NCBI GenBank assembly: GCA_963725665.1
Contig: CAVRZA010000001.1
Location: 1-64,000 of the forward strand
From: an uncultured Actinomycetes bacterium
Lineage (GTDB): Bacteria; Actinomycetota; Thermoleophilia; UBA2241
DNA length: 64,000 nucleotides
Reading direction: 5' to 3'
Under the pieces are notes generated by a model, which saw only the letters and a list, made by a program, of their open reading frames with translations, had not been told where the DNA came from and did no database searches. Position 1 is the first letter of the stretch. Every line of letters starts with the position of its first letter. Below, in pieces: positions 61,820 to 64,000 of the stretch. Both the position numbers and the translations under genes were made by a program.

Positions 61820-63201
61820 GGCACCTCACGCTCCGCGGCCGGATCGAACCGCGGCTCGGTGCCCGCGGGTCGGTTCTCGCCCTGATCCTCCGTCTTGCCT
61901 GTGGTGGTCTGGCCATCGCCCTGGTGGCAGGGTGCAGTGGTGGCGTAGTCCCGAAGACCTCCCCGAGCACAGGGAGAGTCCAGCTCGTGTACCAGGATTG
62001 GCGCACGGAGTGGTTCCCTCCCATGGCGCAAGAGGAGCTGGCCAAATTCCAGTCCCAGCACCCCAACCTGAGCGTCTTCTATACACCTGACCCGGAGAAC
62101 CTCGCCGACCAGATGCCAATCGACATGCAAGCCGGAAACGCTGCCGACGTGTTTCAAGGATGCTGCGGCTTCTTCCCGGCCTGGGCGCAAAAAGGTTATG
62201 TGCTCGATCTCAGCGGGTTCGTGAAGGCCGACTATGACAAGTTGCTGGTGGCCGACTGGGACCCGGCCCAGTACAAGGCTTTCTTTGACGCCGACGGACA
62301 CCAGTTCGGGGTGCCCAAGTACCAGGGCACGCTCGTCCTCTACTACAACAAGGACATCTTCGACAGGTACAAGGTCGCCTACCCGGACGCGTCCTGGACT
62401 CACGACGACTACCTTGCGGCCATGAAGAAGCTGACGCGGGACACGAACGGAGACGGCAGCACCGACATCTGGGGCAGCATGATCGACATCGGCTGGGACC
62501 GGCTGCAGGTGCACATCAACGACTGGGGCGGTCACATCGTGGACCCCAAGGACCCAACGAAGTGCGACATCGACAGCCCTGAAGCGCTCGCGGCGCTCGA
62601 GTGGGTGCGCGCGCGGATGTGGGACGACAAGGTGATGGCCACGGCCACCGATGTGAACAACGTGGGGACCCGGGTGGCCTTCTCTGAGGGCAAGCTCGCC
62701 ATGGTGGAGGACGGCTCCTGGGCTCTCAAGGACATTCTCGAACACTCGCACTTCCGCATCGGGGTGGCGCCGATACCTGCCGGCCCGGTTAGGCGGGTCA
62801 CCCTGAGCACGACCGACGGGTTCGGCATCTACTCCAGGACCCTGCACCCCCGGGAGGCATGGGAGCTGGTGAAGTTCCTCGTGAGCAGGGAGTACGGGCT
62901 GGCGATGGCCAGGGCGAACCTGCTGCAGCCGGCGCGGCTATCTCTCGTGGCGGACTGGGAGCGATTCGTGAAGCAGCAGTACCCGCGGCAGGCCAGGGGC
63001 ATGGATCTCGACGTGTTCGCGGCCCCGCACCGCGAGAGCTACTCGGTCGTTCAGGAGGTGTTCCCGCGGAACATGGATGAGGCTGCTCGCCTGCTCGACG
63101 ACGCTTTCGCCAAGATCTTCACCCTCGGCCAGGCGAAGGTCGACATTCTGCACGCCGTGAGCCGGCAGATCGAAGCGGCTCAGACGCGCAGCGGCCCCTG
63201 A
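61816..63201 (+). CDS. Family 1 (sugar-type) extracellular solute-binding lipoprotein
   Basis: VAGC lipobox; LYYNKDIFD, F..GK.AM...G.W and AWELVKFL. Confidence 0.88.
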   Translation: MRHLTLRGRIEPRLGARGSVLALILRLACGGLAIALVAGCSGGVVPKTSPSTGRVQLVYQDWRTEWFPPMAQEELAKFQSQHPNLSVFYTPDPENLADQMPIDMQAGNAADVFQGCCGFFPAWAQKGYVLDLSGFVKADYDKLLVADWDPAQYKAFFDADGHQFGVPKYQGTLVLYYNKDIFDRYKVAYPDASWTHDDYLAAMKKLTRDTNGDGSTDIWGSMIDIGWDRLQVHINDWGGHIVDPKDPTKCDIDSPEALAALEWVRARMWDDKVMATATDVNNVGTRVAFSEGKLAMVEDGSWALKDILEHSHFRIGVAPIPAGPVRRVTLSTTDGFGIYSRTLHPREAWELVKFLVSREYGLAMARANLLQPARLSLVADWERFVKQQYPRQARGMDLDVFAAPHRESYSVVQEVFPRNMDEAARLLDDAFAKIFTLGQAKVDILHAVSRQIEAAQTRSGP

Positions 63202-63221
63202 GGCCGGGTCGGGTCGCGGCG

Positions 63222-64000
63222 ATGCGGGGGGTCTTCACGCATGTTCGCCTGCGGACGCGTATCCTGGCATGGTCGTTCGTCCCCACGGCCGTCATCCTCT
63301 TCGCGGTGGCGGTCGTCGCCGTCTACGCCTACGCGCGGGTGACGGAGCAGGAAGCGGTCCAGAAAGACCAGGAGCTCGCCCGCCTCTCAGCCGCCAACCT
63401 GGCTGCCGAGATCAACCAGTTCTCATTGGATCTCGGCGGCCTCACGCGGCAGTCCGATATCGCCGGAGGCCAGGCCCAACGCCAGCAAGCGGCCCTTGCC
63501 GCCTCCTCGAACAAGCTGTCGGTCTTCGACGCAGGGACTGTGATACTCGACGCCCACGGGGCCTTCGCCGCCGCATGGCCGGAGCGTCCCGCCGATGTGG
63601 GCGAGGACTGGTCGTCGCGTCCCTACTTCATCCAGCTCATTCGCTCCTCACGACCCGTCTTCTCCGACATAACGAGCGATGGTGTCGGCGGTGCCACGGT
63701 GATCACAGTCGCCGTCCCTATCACCGGACCGCGGGGCGAGTTCAACGGCGTCCTCGCCGGCATGTTCCGGCTGGGGGCAACCTCGGTCAGCGCCCTCTAC
63801 GGCGACATCGCAAAGCTGCGCGTGGGAGTAAGCGGCGACGTGTACGTCGTCGACGGCAGCGGCCGTGTCATCGCGCACCCCGATGCGAAGCTCGTGGGGA
63901 TGGACTTGACGTCCCAGAACGTGGTCCGCCGGGTCGTGTCCGGCCAGACCGGGGCCGTACGCACCCGCGATCTCAACCACAGGGACGTCGTCGCCGGCTA
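63222..64000 (+). CDS. Cache-domain membrane sensor, probably a histidine kinase; runs off the window end
   Basis: Own translation: MRGVFTHVRLRTRILAWSF + TM...DWSSRPYF...ITVAVPI...YVVDGSGRVIAHPD; downstream of a response regulator. Confidence 0.8.
   Translation, partial: MRGVFTHVRLRTRILAWSFVPTAVILFAVAVVAVYAYARVTEQEAVQKDQELARLSAANLAAEINQFSLDLGGLTRQSDIAGGQAQRQQAALAASSNKLSVFDAGTVILDAHGAFAAAWPERPADVGEDWSSRPYFIQLIRSSRPVFSDITSDGVGGATVITVAVPITGPRGEFNGVLAGMFRLGATSVSALYGDIAKLRVGVSGDVYVVDGSGRVIAHPDAKLVGMDLTSQNVVRRVVSGQTGAVRTRDLNHRDVVAG

Overview
High-GC bacterial DNA; gene content suggests an actinomycete, possibly Thermoleophilia-like (inference only). Three zones. (1) 1-20.4 kb: an FG-GAP/Ig-like repeat surface protein, then assorted membrane, signalling and metabolic genes. 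(2) 20.5-38.2 kb: two divergent operons around a DeoR regulator. They combine sugar/polyol catabolic enzymes and an Opp/Dpp-type ABC transporter with a corrinoid methyltransferase set: a corrinoid protein, a UroD/MtaA-like protein and two MttB-family enzymes. One MttB has an in-frame TAG (22174-22176) at the conserved pyrrolysine position. (3) 38.2-64 kb: a mosaic accessory region of short and truncated genes plus glnS and tRNA-Gln(CTG). It is punctuated by four co-oriented 3' fragments of tRNA-Glu (att-like scars), four co-oriented copies of an unrecognised ~85-100 bp palindromic repeat, a duplicated structured leader and a candidate structured RNA. No integrase or pyl gene is visible. Several genes before 38 kb have frameshifts that look like long-read indel errors.
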